Part shown: positions 13,456 to 24,869 of the stretch, piece by piece
How the letters are laid out: each line of letters opens with the position of its first letter
Numbering within the stretch: the stretch's first letter is position 1
Assembly: GCF_006345805.1 (NCBI RefSeq)
Contig: NC_043012.1
Coordinates: 52,390,001-52,454,000, forward strand
From: Octopus sinensis
Taxonomy: Eukaryota
Direction of reading: 5' to 3'
Length of the DNA stretch: 64,000 nt
The notes under the pieces: generated by a model
What the model saw: only the letters and a program-made list of their open reading frames with translations
Databases searched by the model: none
Told to the model about the DNA's origin: nothing
Translations under genes and position numbers: made by a program

Positions 13456-13547
13456 GATTGATTGATTGATTGATTGATTCTAGCTTCAGCTTATGAGCTG
13501 TGGCCATGCTGGGGCACCGCCATTTGGTGTTGCTACTTGGTTTCACT

Positions 13548-16539
13548 TCACGAAAGCTTTCTAGCAACTGCCATTTGGTGCATGAGAGAGTTCGATGCAG
13601 CTGCCCTCATCTGCCCCTCCTGCCGTGAAGTTGGTTCATCTGGGACACCTGACAGGAAGAGATCCAGCTTCATTTTAAAGACATCTGCATCCACCCCATG
13701 CAGGTCTCTCAGGTTCTTCGGGAGGATATTGAAGAGCTGTGGGCCTCGGAAGCCCAGGCTATCACTGAATCTTGTCCTACATCTTGATGGCAAGTTTGGA
13801 GTCCTAGGCACCACGCAATGGCGCCCAGTTCTGGCATTTGCGTAACTCTCGATGCCAAAGTTTAGGACACGTCCCTCCAGGATCTTCCCGATGTATATTA
13901 TGGCATATCTTTCCCGCCTACGCTCCAGGGAATATAGTTTTAATCTCTTGAGTCTTTCCCAGTAGCTTACATTCTGCATAGAGGCTATCTTCGTGTAGCT
14001 ACGTTGGATCGCCTCGAGCTCTGTGATCAACTTGACACTGGATGGTGACCATAACTGAGAACAGTATTCAAAGTGGCTTAGGACAAGTGTCCTCCAGAGG
14101 ACCATCATGGTTTCTTGTTCTCTTGTTCTAAAGGTTCTGAGGATCCATCCGGCCAGTCGTCTACATTTCATTGCCAATTTAGCAACATGTACACGAAAGG
14201 TCGCGTCATCACTCATGTAAATACCTAGGTCACGCACTGATTGTGCCTCTGGGATTGCTATTCCTCCGGGTCCAGTGTATTCATTGGGTATTGCATTTGG
14301 TTTTGCATGCTGATAGTATAGAGCTTGAAACTTTTCAGCATTGAACTGCATGCTATTCTTTTCAGCCCACTTGTATATTTTGTCCAGCTCACTTTGCAGG
14401 TGTTTAGTGTCATCAGGGTTCTGTATTGCCTGTGAAACTTTTGTATCATCTGCTTAACTTGTGATCGTGGCTCTCTGCGTGGCTGAGGGCATGTCTGAGA
14501 GGGCCATTATGAACAGTAGTGGTCCCAGAACAGTGCCCTGCGGAACACCGCTCACTATTTGCGTTTTAATGGAAGTGGCCCCATTGGCTACTACCACCTG
14601 ACTTCTATCTTTCAGAAAGTCATGAAGCCATTCTCCCAGTTTTCCAACTATGTTGAGATCACGCAGTTTGTGACATATCATTCCATGATCGACTTTATCA
14701 AAGGCCTTTGCAAAGTCGAGATATATCACTTCCACATTTGAGTGGTTGTGCAGCCGTTTCAGCACCCAGTCATAGTGTTGTAGGAGCTGAGTTAAACAGC
14801 TTCTCCCTGGTCGGAAACCATGTTGGGTGTCGGGCAGCAAGTCATTCTCTTCAAGGAAGGTGATCAGCTTCCTTCTGACTATTCGTTCCATGACCTTGCT
14901 GTTGTATGAGGTCAGAGAGATAGGTCTGTAGTTCTTGGCTTCCGCTCTGCTACCTCCTTTATGAATGGGGCATATTTTACCTTCCTTCAGTTTTCTTGGA
15001 AGTTTGCCAGCTGCAAGGAAGCTCTGAAAGAGGAACTGCAGTGGTCTTGCTAGGACTCTCTTACATGCTTTTAGGAGGATTGCCGGGAATCCATCGGGGC
15101 CAGTAGCTGAGTCTGTTTTCATTTCATCTATAGCCTTGATTACATCGTCTTCCTTTATATCGATGTAATCTATCGTCGCCGCCTCTGATTTTATATCTGC
15201 AGTGGTAAAAAAAGTCAGTTGGATTGGTGATTTGGAGATGCCCAGGGGGTGGAGTAAAAACACTTTTGAATTGCTCATTCAGTATTTCACTTACCCTCAT
15301 TGGTTTTCCTGTAAGTGTGCCAACCTTTTCGAGGAGTGGCCCTATTCTACAGTGCACCGTAGCTGTTTCTTTGGCATACCTGTAGAAAGCTCTGGGGTTA
15401 GATTTTATGTTGTCTATAGCCCAGGCTTCTTTGTCTGCTCTTTCTTTTTCATGGGAGAGTTGCAGACATTTTTCGATTTCCAACAGTTTTATTTTTAGGC
15501 GGGACTTTTCACTGCTTTCAATCTGTTTGTTTAGGCGATTTGAAAATTTTGTACGCCGTCTCATTAAAATTTTCCTCTCTCTGGGGATTTTGTTCTTGTG
15601 TACAGTGGCCTTTCTCTCTGGGACACATTTGTAGCATATGGCTTGCATTACAGACATGAATTGCTGAAGTTTCACGTCGATGTCTGGCGAGGAGAGACAT
15701 TTAGGCCAGTTTTGTTTGAGGATCTCTTTCTCAATTTGTTTCCAGTTTGCCTTATGGTAGTTCAAGCTGGAAATATTCTGAGGGTTTCTTGTAGGCTGCA
15801 TGTCCGTGCTCTCTTTTGGCCCGTACATGGTCAGCTCTATCATGTTGTGATCCGAGAGTAGTGTCGGTGTCACTTTCACATTATGGATGAGATCCATGTC
15901 ATTTGTGAAGCAGAGATCCAGTGTGTTACCTGCCCTGGTTGGTTGGAGTATTACCTGCTCCATGTACAGGGTGTTGATGAGGTTCAGGAGGGACCTCCCC
16001 TGTCCTCGTTCACATCTTGTCATTCCTGGGAGAGAAAGGCCCTCGGGCCATCTGACATTGGGCAGATTGAAGTCTCCCATAAGAAGTACACTTATGTGTT
16101 GTTCTAATGTGGTTAGAACTTCTATTTTTATAAGGCAGTCTTCAAACTTGCCCACATGGCTTGGGGCATCTGGAGGGCGATATGTAGCACACACAACTAC
16201 ATCAAGTTGCCTAATATGTACAATTAGTGTGTCACACACCGAGTTTGAGTATGACAAGAGGACCTGGGGTGTGAGGTCCTCACGGATGTACATAGTAACA
16301 CCTCCATGACTCCTTTCTGTTCTGTCGGTCCGTAGTACAGCATACTGTGGTATGTGTAACTCCGCATCTGCTATGTCCGGTTTCAGGTGCGTTTCCGTAA
16401 GTGCTATGCATAAGGCTTGATTGCATGCAACAAAGTCTCTCAGGAACGGGATTTTTGTCCTGTTACTGAGTGTTTGCAGCCCTCTGATGTTCAGTAGGAG
16501 CATCGAGGTGAGGTGTACGTTGTTGCCGGCGGTGTCCAT
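13548..16539 (-). pseudogene. LINE ORF2: AP endonuclease plus reverse transcriptase, two lesions
   Basis: APE motifs LLLNIRGL, ALTETHL, YRPP, GDFNLP, LDLCFT, SDH. RT motifs KTDSATGPDG, YRPISLTS, QHGFRPGRSCLTQLL, YLDFAKAFDKVDH, GVPQGTVLGPLLF. C-terminal LYSLERRRERY. +1 frameshift in the A7 run at 15207-15213. In-frame TAA at 14454-14456 replaces the Y of YADD. Confidence 0.93.
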
Positions 16540-17231
16540 CCTGGGTCTGTTTGCTGTGGTGGTCTTGTATATAGTGGGTAGTCCCACCTGCGGGCTTGGG
16601 TTTGATGAAGCCAGGTCAGCTGCTGTACAATCTTTTGTGCCATGCACAAAAAAGATTGTTGCTCAGCAGCTGCCCTTTCGACAACATCATGTTGGCGGTT
16701 TGTGGCACGCACAACATCTGCGTACCTCCGCTTTGGGGCAGGTGGTGCGTGGTCCATCCTTTTTCCTTGTGTTGATGGTTTGTCCATCTGCCTCGTGTCT
16801 CTGTGGCAGGGTCCCCGATGTGCAAAGCGGCAGCCTGCACCTTCCTTTCCATGCCAGCAGGAACCTCTCAGGTAGAACCTACACACCCGTGTGCGCTGTT
16901 TGTTTCCATCTTTTGCGGTTCCACTTCTATTCCTGGTTGTTTCACCCTTTGGTCCTGCTTGAGCTTTTCCTTTAGCTCTTCCAGTCCTTCTTTTAGTTTT
17001 TCCTCCTCCCTCTACCTCTTCACCGGGTTCTCCGTCTCCATGGCCCTTGCTGCCGGTTGGAGAACTTGCACCTGGGTTCACTTCCCGGGCAGGTTTCTCA
17101 CTCAAAACCTCCTCCCGGGTGTCCACCAGGTGGGGGGTGACTTCTTTCATCGTCTCCATTCTTGCCATCTTTGCCCCGCTCGTTCTCAAAGATGGCATCA
17201 AGTGCGCCAATGTGCGACCGTATAAGCGCAT
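16491..17231 (-). CDS. LINE ORF1 (C-terminal part) with CCCH zinc finger
   Basis: CRFYLRGSCWHGKEGAGCRFAH (C-x7-C-x8-C-x3-H) at 16818-16883, preceded by a basic low-complexity region. Stop overlaps the start of ORF2. Confidence 0.7.
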   Translation of the reverse strand: MRLYGRTLAHLMPSLRTSGAKMARMETMKEVTPHLVDTREEVLSEKPAREVNPGASSPTGSKGHGDGEPGEEVEGGGKTKRRTGRAKGKAQAGPKGETTRNRSGTAKDGNKQRTRVCRFYLRGSCWHGKEGAGCRFAHRGPCHRDTRQMDKPSTQGKRMDHAPPAPKRRYADVVRATNRQHDVVERAAAEQQSFLCMAQKIVQQLTWLHQTQARRWDYPLYTRPPQQTDPGWTPPATTYTSPRCSY

Positions 17232-17385
17232 ATGAGCGCACGAATTCCCGTCTCTTTCGCTCTATCTGAGCCGCTGTCCTCTTGTGGCCGTTGTTCTTCA
17301 GCGCAGCCGCAATCACCTCGCTAGGGCTATCTCCGTCGGCGCATTTCCAGGCTCGTACGAATAACTCTAGTTCGTCATATATATA
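17098..17385 (-). CDS. LINE 5' reading frame with Myb/SANT-like (trihelix-type) motif, 5'-truncated
   Basis: Open frame YDELELFVRAWKCADGDSPSEVIAAALKNNGHKRTAAQIERKRREFVRSY resembles the Myb_DNA-bind_4 pattern (L..W ... ia..L...G..Rt..qc..K..nl...Y). Matched by eye only. Confidence 0.55.
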   Translation of the reverse strand, partial: YIYDELELFVRAWKCADGDSPSEVIAAALKNNGHKRTAAQIERKRREFVRSYALIRSHIGALDAIFENERGKDGKNGDDERSHPPPGGHPGGGFE

Positions 17386-17767
17386 CTGTTGCTATAATGC
17401 AAATATGTCGTTAGTCCAAACGTTGCTTTTTCAGAAAATGTAAACATAGTTTCACCATTCCAATTCTTTTTACATCAGCAACATTTTCAGCGTAACAATA
17501 ATAGTTTGTTGGGTGAATAAAATCGTGCATGTATAATATTTTCAATCAGAAATATTTTTGCAAAGCTATCGTATGTGGTACTTACTACACATTTAAAAAT
17601 TGCGAAACCATCGTACTACACTTTGACAATTTTCATATCTTGGTATATGAAGCAGCTTGAGATACAACAGTTTGACCAATAGAACCGGCTATTGCAAGCA
17701 AAAATAAACATTGAAAAAAAGCGCATTTGGTCAAATTTGGAGAAATGACAGTTTAACATAATAGCAA

Positions 17768-17781
17768 CGATAGATAGATAA

Positions 17782-17870
<89 letters not shown>

Positions 17871-18030
17871 GGGATAGATAGATAAATGCATGCATGCATA
17901 CATACATACATACATACATACATACATACATACATACATACATACATACATACATACATACATACATACATACATACATACATACATACATACATACATA
18001 CGTACATACATATGTACATACATACATATA
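17768..18030 (+). repeat. Compound (GATA)n-(CATA)n microsatellite
   Basis: Read directly. Confidence 0.97.
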
Positions 18031-18031
18031 T

Positions 18032-18790
18032 AATCTAGATAACCGAGAATACATGCCCAAAGAAGTCGCAAGACTCTACCGCAACTTATCAGATGAACGG
18101 ATGAGCCTATATGAGCAGAAGACTATGCATGGATATGTTAGTAGAAAGCTCCTTGATGATAGTAACATTGATCATCAAAGCAGTCTATCATGGACCAACA
18201 GCCGGATTATTACCTCCCACTTTGAAGGGTATGCTTTTGCAATCCAGGAACAGGCAATATCAACCAAGTACCTGATGCACAAAAGGGATAGAGATGCGGG
18301 AAAAGCCGTAAAATGTGACAACCGATGCAGACTTTGAGGGGATCACACTGAAGATATTACCCACATCAGTTACTCTATCCAGATTACAAGATCAGATTTA
18401 TAACTGTAATTATTAAGGCTCTGGGATATGCAACACACTGCCTAAATCTTGAGAAATTAAGCTTCTCAAAACCAGAAAGGAGAAAGATAATTCGAAGACT
18501 ACAGATCTAGTACATTACAGGAACTGTAAAAATCATTATCATTTAAATATATCATTTACTATTTAAATATATATGAGCATGTCAGGATATATAACTATAT
18601 GCATGAGAATACGTACATAAAACATACAAATCTACACATACATAGATACATACATACATACATACTTACATACATACAAAAAGATCCTGTTGATGATGTT
18701 GAAATTCCAATGAAGCAACCTTGGATCTATTTTAAAAACAGATTCTGTCTCTATTGGCAAGAAATCTTGAAATAAACTGAATAATGACAT
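18032..18790 (+). mobile_element. Degraded 3' fragment of an RLE-class non-LTR retrotransposon (R4/Dong-like)
   Basis: MHGY..SLSW..FEGYAFAIQEQAISTKYL..CDNRCRL*GDHTEDITHI (zinc-knuckle region). After an internal deletion: LYPDYKIRFITVIIKALGY..SFSKPERRKIIRRLQI*YITGTVKI, a typical RLE C-terminus. Probable 3' UTR ends AATAATGA-CATACAT. Confidence 0.75.
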
Positions 18791-19562
18791 ACATAGTTTA
18801 ATCTAACACAATGGAATAAAGCGTTCCCTGATGATCCGTTGTAGTTAAGTATAGAGTCGCACTTACAATGTTCACTGCAGAGTTACAAAAATATAATGGT
18901 AAAATGTACGTAGGAACAACTCATTCAAACCTGTGTTTATCGTAATTTCTTTTCCGTGCGAATGACTGTGTGAGCGTGCGTGTGTTTGTCCTGCACCTAC
19001 AAATGATGCAGGTGTGTTTACCTCACTGTAAGTTGCCAGTTCCACTGATAGAATAATTACCAGGATATTAAAAAAATCTGTTCGACTAACCATTGAAAGG
19101 GGTGCCCCAGCATGGCGTAACGAATGGATGAAATAAATCAAAGATAAATGCAGTTTCCCTTTAATAATTTTGTTTAAGGAAACAAAATTGTAAGCGAATG
19201 TCGTACAAAGCATAAACATTGATGTACGGGAAATATAGACAATTTTGAAATAGAAATATGTTACTATGGCAACGTCTGTCTATTAATCGTTATCTAGAAG
19301 TCTAGAAAGAAAGTTATGAGATATTAGATAAGGAAAATACCCAAGTAATTTTATAAAGTTATGAATTTAAAGACAAATGTTTGTTCATGTGGGATTATAT
19401 TAAACTGAAGTGTAGAATTAATACATTCATGTAATAAATATCTAAGATATACAACGCTGAATAAACTAGTATACAGAATAAATAAAAAACACCTACACGT
19501 ATCCATCTGTACGTGTAAGTGTATTCATGTATGTTTGTGTAAGATAACGCGAAAAAACGTTT

Positions 19563-19836
19563 CTAATACTTTATTTACATTATTTACAATTGACGATATT
19601 TCTCACTATCTTGTATATTGTTAAGACAACGTTTCGGCTGATCTACTCTCCAGCCTTCATCAGGTGTCTTGGGGAAATTTCGAAGCTGGGTTCTCATTCC
19701 GAAGGTATTTTCCAATGTTGTTGTGTTGTTGTTGTTATTGTTATTATTATTATTATTATTATTAAGGTCACTGTCTGGAATCGATCTAAGAATTTGGGGT
19801 TAGAAGCCCATGCTCTTAACTACTACCCATACGGCC
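19563..19836 (-). mobile_element. tRNA-headed SINE-like element with (AAT)n spacer and hammerhead-ribozyme motif
   Basis: Minus strand order: tRNA-like head (AGTAGTTAAGAGC..GGGCTTCTAACCC..GATCGATTCC), (AAT)n/(AAC)n, then CTGATGA-A-GGCTG[10 nt]CAGCC-GAAAC-GTT, then tail TGTAAATAATGTAAATAA. Confidence 0.65.
19623..19670 (-). ncRNA. Minimal type I hammerhead ribozyme motif
   Basis: CUGAUGA at 19663-19657, perfect 5-bp stem II GGCUG/CAGCC, GAAAC, palindromic AACGUU stem III, stem I AAGAC(AC)/GUCUU. Confidence 0.65.
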
Positions 19837-19848
19837 ATAAAAATGAAG

Positions 19849-19977
19849 ACATGGTTCCGGGTTCAGTCCCACTGCGTGGCACCTTGGGCAAGTGTCTTCT
19901 ACTATAGCCTCGGGCCGTCCAAAGCCTTGTGAGTGGATTTGGTAGACGGGAACTGAAAGAAGCCCGTCGTATATATG

Positions 19978-20041
<64 letters not shown>

Positions 20042-20160
20042 CGCATGTGTGTGTATAAGTACAACGAATAAGTCCTGGGGTCAATTTGCTCGACTAACGG
20101 CGGTGCTCCAGCATGGCCGCAGTCAAGTGACTGAAACAAGTGAAAGAGTAAAGAGTAAAG
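19849..20160 (+). mobile_element. SINE family A (5'-truncated, internally deleted)
   Basis: CORE-like segment, (CA)n(TA)n and conserved tail. Confidence 0.85.
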
Positions 20161-20527
20161 ATTAAAGATCATTACCCTCGTCTATAGCTGTGCCATAAAA
20201 TTCCTAATTCAAATTTCACAGAAATCATCATTGAATTTCATTTATTGAAAAACAATAATTGCTAGTAATAAAAAAAAAAAATGCCAATTTTCGTTCCTAA
20301 TGTGAGAACATGAAATAATGGAGAAGAAAATGTAACCGTGCTCTCTATTGTCTGCTATCTCCATCTGTTACCTACTAAATCGATTTATGATACTTCTTTT
20401 AATATATATTAGGGGAAGAACAATGTCGGGCATTGTTCCAATGTAAAAACTAATGACAATATTAAACAAAAGCAAAAGATTCCACGTAGGATTTGAACCA
20501 CAATTACAATATATTATTGGTGATGGG

Positions 20528-21058
<531 letters not shown>

Positions 21059-21419
21059 TTATTTTTATTTTTATTTTTTATTTATTTAATTATTTATTTA
21101 TTTTTGTGACTATTAAACTGAAGAAATCAGGAACCATTCCAGTAAAGTATTGTTTTTGGTGTAAAATCATACTCCGAATGGAATGCAAATACAGTACGAT
21201 GCTCATGGTCCAGTTCCCAACTAACAGATAAATCTCATGTCAATTAACGTTGAAATAAATTTGCCATTCTTAGTAAATGTGCAACACCGAGTTATGCTGC
21301 GTTTACCACAGGACAAGGAGGACAAAAACCTTACAAACACTGGGAGGATCGTTTGCCTGACCGACATGTTAGAAATAGTAAAAACTTGTCTAAGGAAAGC
21401 TATGTTGCATGATATATTT

Positions 21420-21869
<450 letters not shown>

Positions 21870-23032
21870 TATATATTTCCTAATAAACAAATATGACTGT
21901 AATGTATTTTACCATACATCTGCTCGATTGAGATTGGCGTGGAGCGAAGAACCATTGTTAATTAATCGCTAGTGTTCGCATAGAAAATATACATTGGGTG
22001 CTTTTAGTGAGAGCAAAAAACAGTAAATGCATAAGACTCATTTTTTACATTGGTACGAATGTTTATTTCTACACTTTTCCACCTGTTGCGTATTATATGT
22101 ACCTCACGGGCACGTATAATAGGATAATTACTACTGAATGTGATATAGAACAATATAAAACGAGTTTTATATGAAAGGGAAATTTACCCGGAATTCAACT
22201 GAAGGATTACGTAGTAAGTAAACAGCAGCAAATAACTATACGAAAGAACCTTATAATTTATTCTTAGAAATGCGTTCGTTTATCAATGGTCCTTAAGTAA
22301 TTTATGTGTAAATGACGTGGTTATGCAATATGTTAATTATAGTTCTTAGAGCGGCACAAAAAGAGGGGTAAAAGAACTATGCGCTTTATATATTTACGGG
22401 ATATAGCGGAAATAATTTATTGCTTTGGGCATTCGTTTATTTCAGCACGTATTTCGAGTTGAGACTAACTGTAAGAAGTCTCATTCGAAATAGAAATTCG
22501 GTAGCTGCAATGGACGAAAAAGGATTTGCAAGTATAAATGCGTATGCTGTAAAAATGGCTTCTGGCTGTTCTAGCATCGAAAGCTGCAAAAGGCGTGTGT
22601 TGGTCTTAGTTGTGCATACTTTTATGTTATCAATGTTCATGCAACTTGTCGAAGTTTCCTTACTTCGTGCATAGAAAACGAAAGGCATGCGGGCTGTACA
22701 ACACCAGTCAAGCTGTGTTTGGCTGTTGGTTGCTGTGTTAGATCCTAAGCGAGCTGGACAGCCGTCTTAGATTTGACTGATAAGTGAGCTGTATAGCTAA
22801 AGAAAGCTGTCGTAAGCTGATGGTAAAAGTGCCTGAATGGTAAATAGCTTATTCAGCTGACAACATGATTGCTTGCGGGTTCGTACTGTGGACAAGTATC
22901 AGTGTGTTAAGAAACGCCATTCTGCAAAGAAGGCAAAGCAGACGACGCTTTAGTTGTGGATACAGGAAAGAATGACTTGACTCTTACTGTTATAATATTC
23001 TGCACTTTGAATAATCCGTTATCTGGGTTAAT

Positions 23033-23750
23033 AAGGTGGCAAACTGGCAGAATCGCTAAAGCGTCGAGAAAGAATTCTTCGTGGTATTTGTTTCGACTAC
23101 TTACGCTCTCAGTTCTAATCCTACTGCTGTCAACTTTGCTTCCGTCCTTTCGGGGTCGACAAAATAAAGTACCCGGATCTTTTCGGTTTGAAAGGCAGTT
23201 TTTAACATAATTTCTAGGTAAATAAAAAAATTTAAACTTCATATACTGGTAGAATGTGTTTATAAAACATCTTTTTCTCTTGGCTTTATTGAGAAAATTC
23301 TATAATTTGTAAGATATTTGGTCTTTAATTTCTTGCATTTCGGCAATTTCAACCAATCAATGGCCGTCTATTGAGGTGAAACATTCTGTGACGTGTGAAT
23401 ATGTCCCTCGTTTAAGAAACAGATTGGGTTTAGTTACATTTGGGAAGAAAACGAGATACCCTTCCTCCCACCCCCGATTGATTGGTTGAACTTGCCGAAA
23501 TGCAAGAAATTAAAAACCAAATATCTTACAAACTACAGAATTTTCTCAATAAAGCCAAGAGAAAAAGATGTTTTATAAACACATTCTACCAGTATACGAA
23601 GTTTAAAATTTTTTAGTTACCTAGGAATTATGTTAAAAACTGCCGTTCAAACCGAAAAGATCCAAGTACCCTGTTAAGTACTGGTGTCGATGATATCACT
23701 TAATACCCTTTCCTAAAAATCGCTGGTCTTGTACTTAAATTTGAAACCAT
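23033..23750 (+). mobile_element. Diverged SINE family B interrupted by MITE copy 2
   Basis: Head GGTGGCAAACTGGCAGAATCG..CCTTTCGGGGTCGAC..AAGTACC. Body resumes after the MITE with GTACTGGTGTCGATG. Confidence 0.7.
23175..23663. mobile_element. MITE copy 2, foldback derivative with two right arms
   Basis: Same TIRs and 8-bp TSD AAGTACCC (23167-23174, 23664-23671). Arms 23175-23361 and 23477-23663 are inverted copies. Confidence 0.9.
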
Positions 23751-24776
23751 CATCTAGGTCACTCCGTTCTGTGTACATTCGTGACTCTGTTTTGTGGTAG
23801 TAATACATAAATGTTTAATTGAAAAATAACGGTTCGCATCCGTCTCTCAAATCCCTATCGACTTATCGACTTCATTCAAACGAAAGAACTGATAGCTGTA
23901 TAACATTTTTTCTGTTATTTCTTTGTTCCTTTTTTTCTTTTCTTCTTTTTCATTCAAGAAAGTAAACAGTGTCTTCCACCGTCGCCCTAATTACAGTTAA
24001 ATGTCCCACCTTTCGTTTGCTTCGTCAAGCGATAGATTGTAAAGTTTCCTATCTAGAATTGTATAAAGTGAAACTATATGTTGCTGCCCAGAAGGAATAG
24101 CTGGATACATCAAATATATTACATTAATTTTTTAGATGAGAAGCTTTAAAATGACGGACAATCATCAATTTGTTCACTCTTAATTATCGTACCGAAACAA
24201 TTCAAAATATCTTTAAGTTGAACTTCATGAAAATGCGCAAAAAAATATACAAAACTTTATAAAACTTTGCTTATATGTATGTTTTTAATATTTTCTAGAA
24301 AACATGATTTTTTTTCTTTTTCTCAGAATATTATATTAATTTACATAATATTTTATCGTTATTTTAAAATTTAATTTACTTTTTTTAGAAGATGAAAGAA
24401 AAACTCTCAACAGTCTATGAATTTCTTATAAAATGACGTACATCTATGCGAAATTTGAGAATATCTGCTACTATGCAAAATTTTAGCTAACATAATTGCT
24501 AAAGTAAAAGCTACACACTCACACTTACACATGTGTGTGAGTGTGTGTGTGTGTGTGTGGTGTGTGTATGTGTGTGTGTGTTGATAGATAGATAGATAGA
24601 TATAGCTATATATAGATTAATTGATCGATAGGTAGACAGATAATATATATACACATATATGAGTGTGTATATACATATACATCTCTCTATATATGCATAT
24701 ATATATATATATATGTGTACATATATACATAAATAGTTAGACATACATATATACACAGACACATATATATATATAA

Positions 24777-24814
<38 letters not shown>

Positions 24815-24869
24815 ACATGTGTAGGCGTGTAAGATTCCTTTGTTCGATAACTTAGTGATTAAGATGATA

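Larger units (their letters stand above)
13456..17385 (-). mobile_element. 5'-truncated non-LTR retrotransposon (LINE), CR1/L2 group, with (AATC)n tail
   Basis: ORF1-like region plus APE-RT ORF2, short 3' UTR and (GATT)n at 13456-13479 on plus. TA repeats at both junctions. Confidence 0.95.

Noticed and set aside
16421-17225. Plus-strand ORFs of 184 and 140 aa (also 13474-13845 and 57700-58410)
   Set aside because: Antisense or alternative-frame shadows of GC-richer retroelement coding sequence.
22420-22688. Overlapping 83-84-aa ORFs in unique DNA
   Set aside because: No recognisable domain; length expected by chance. Could be UTR or regulatory sequence, but unsupported.
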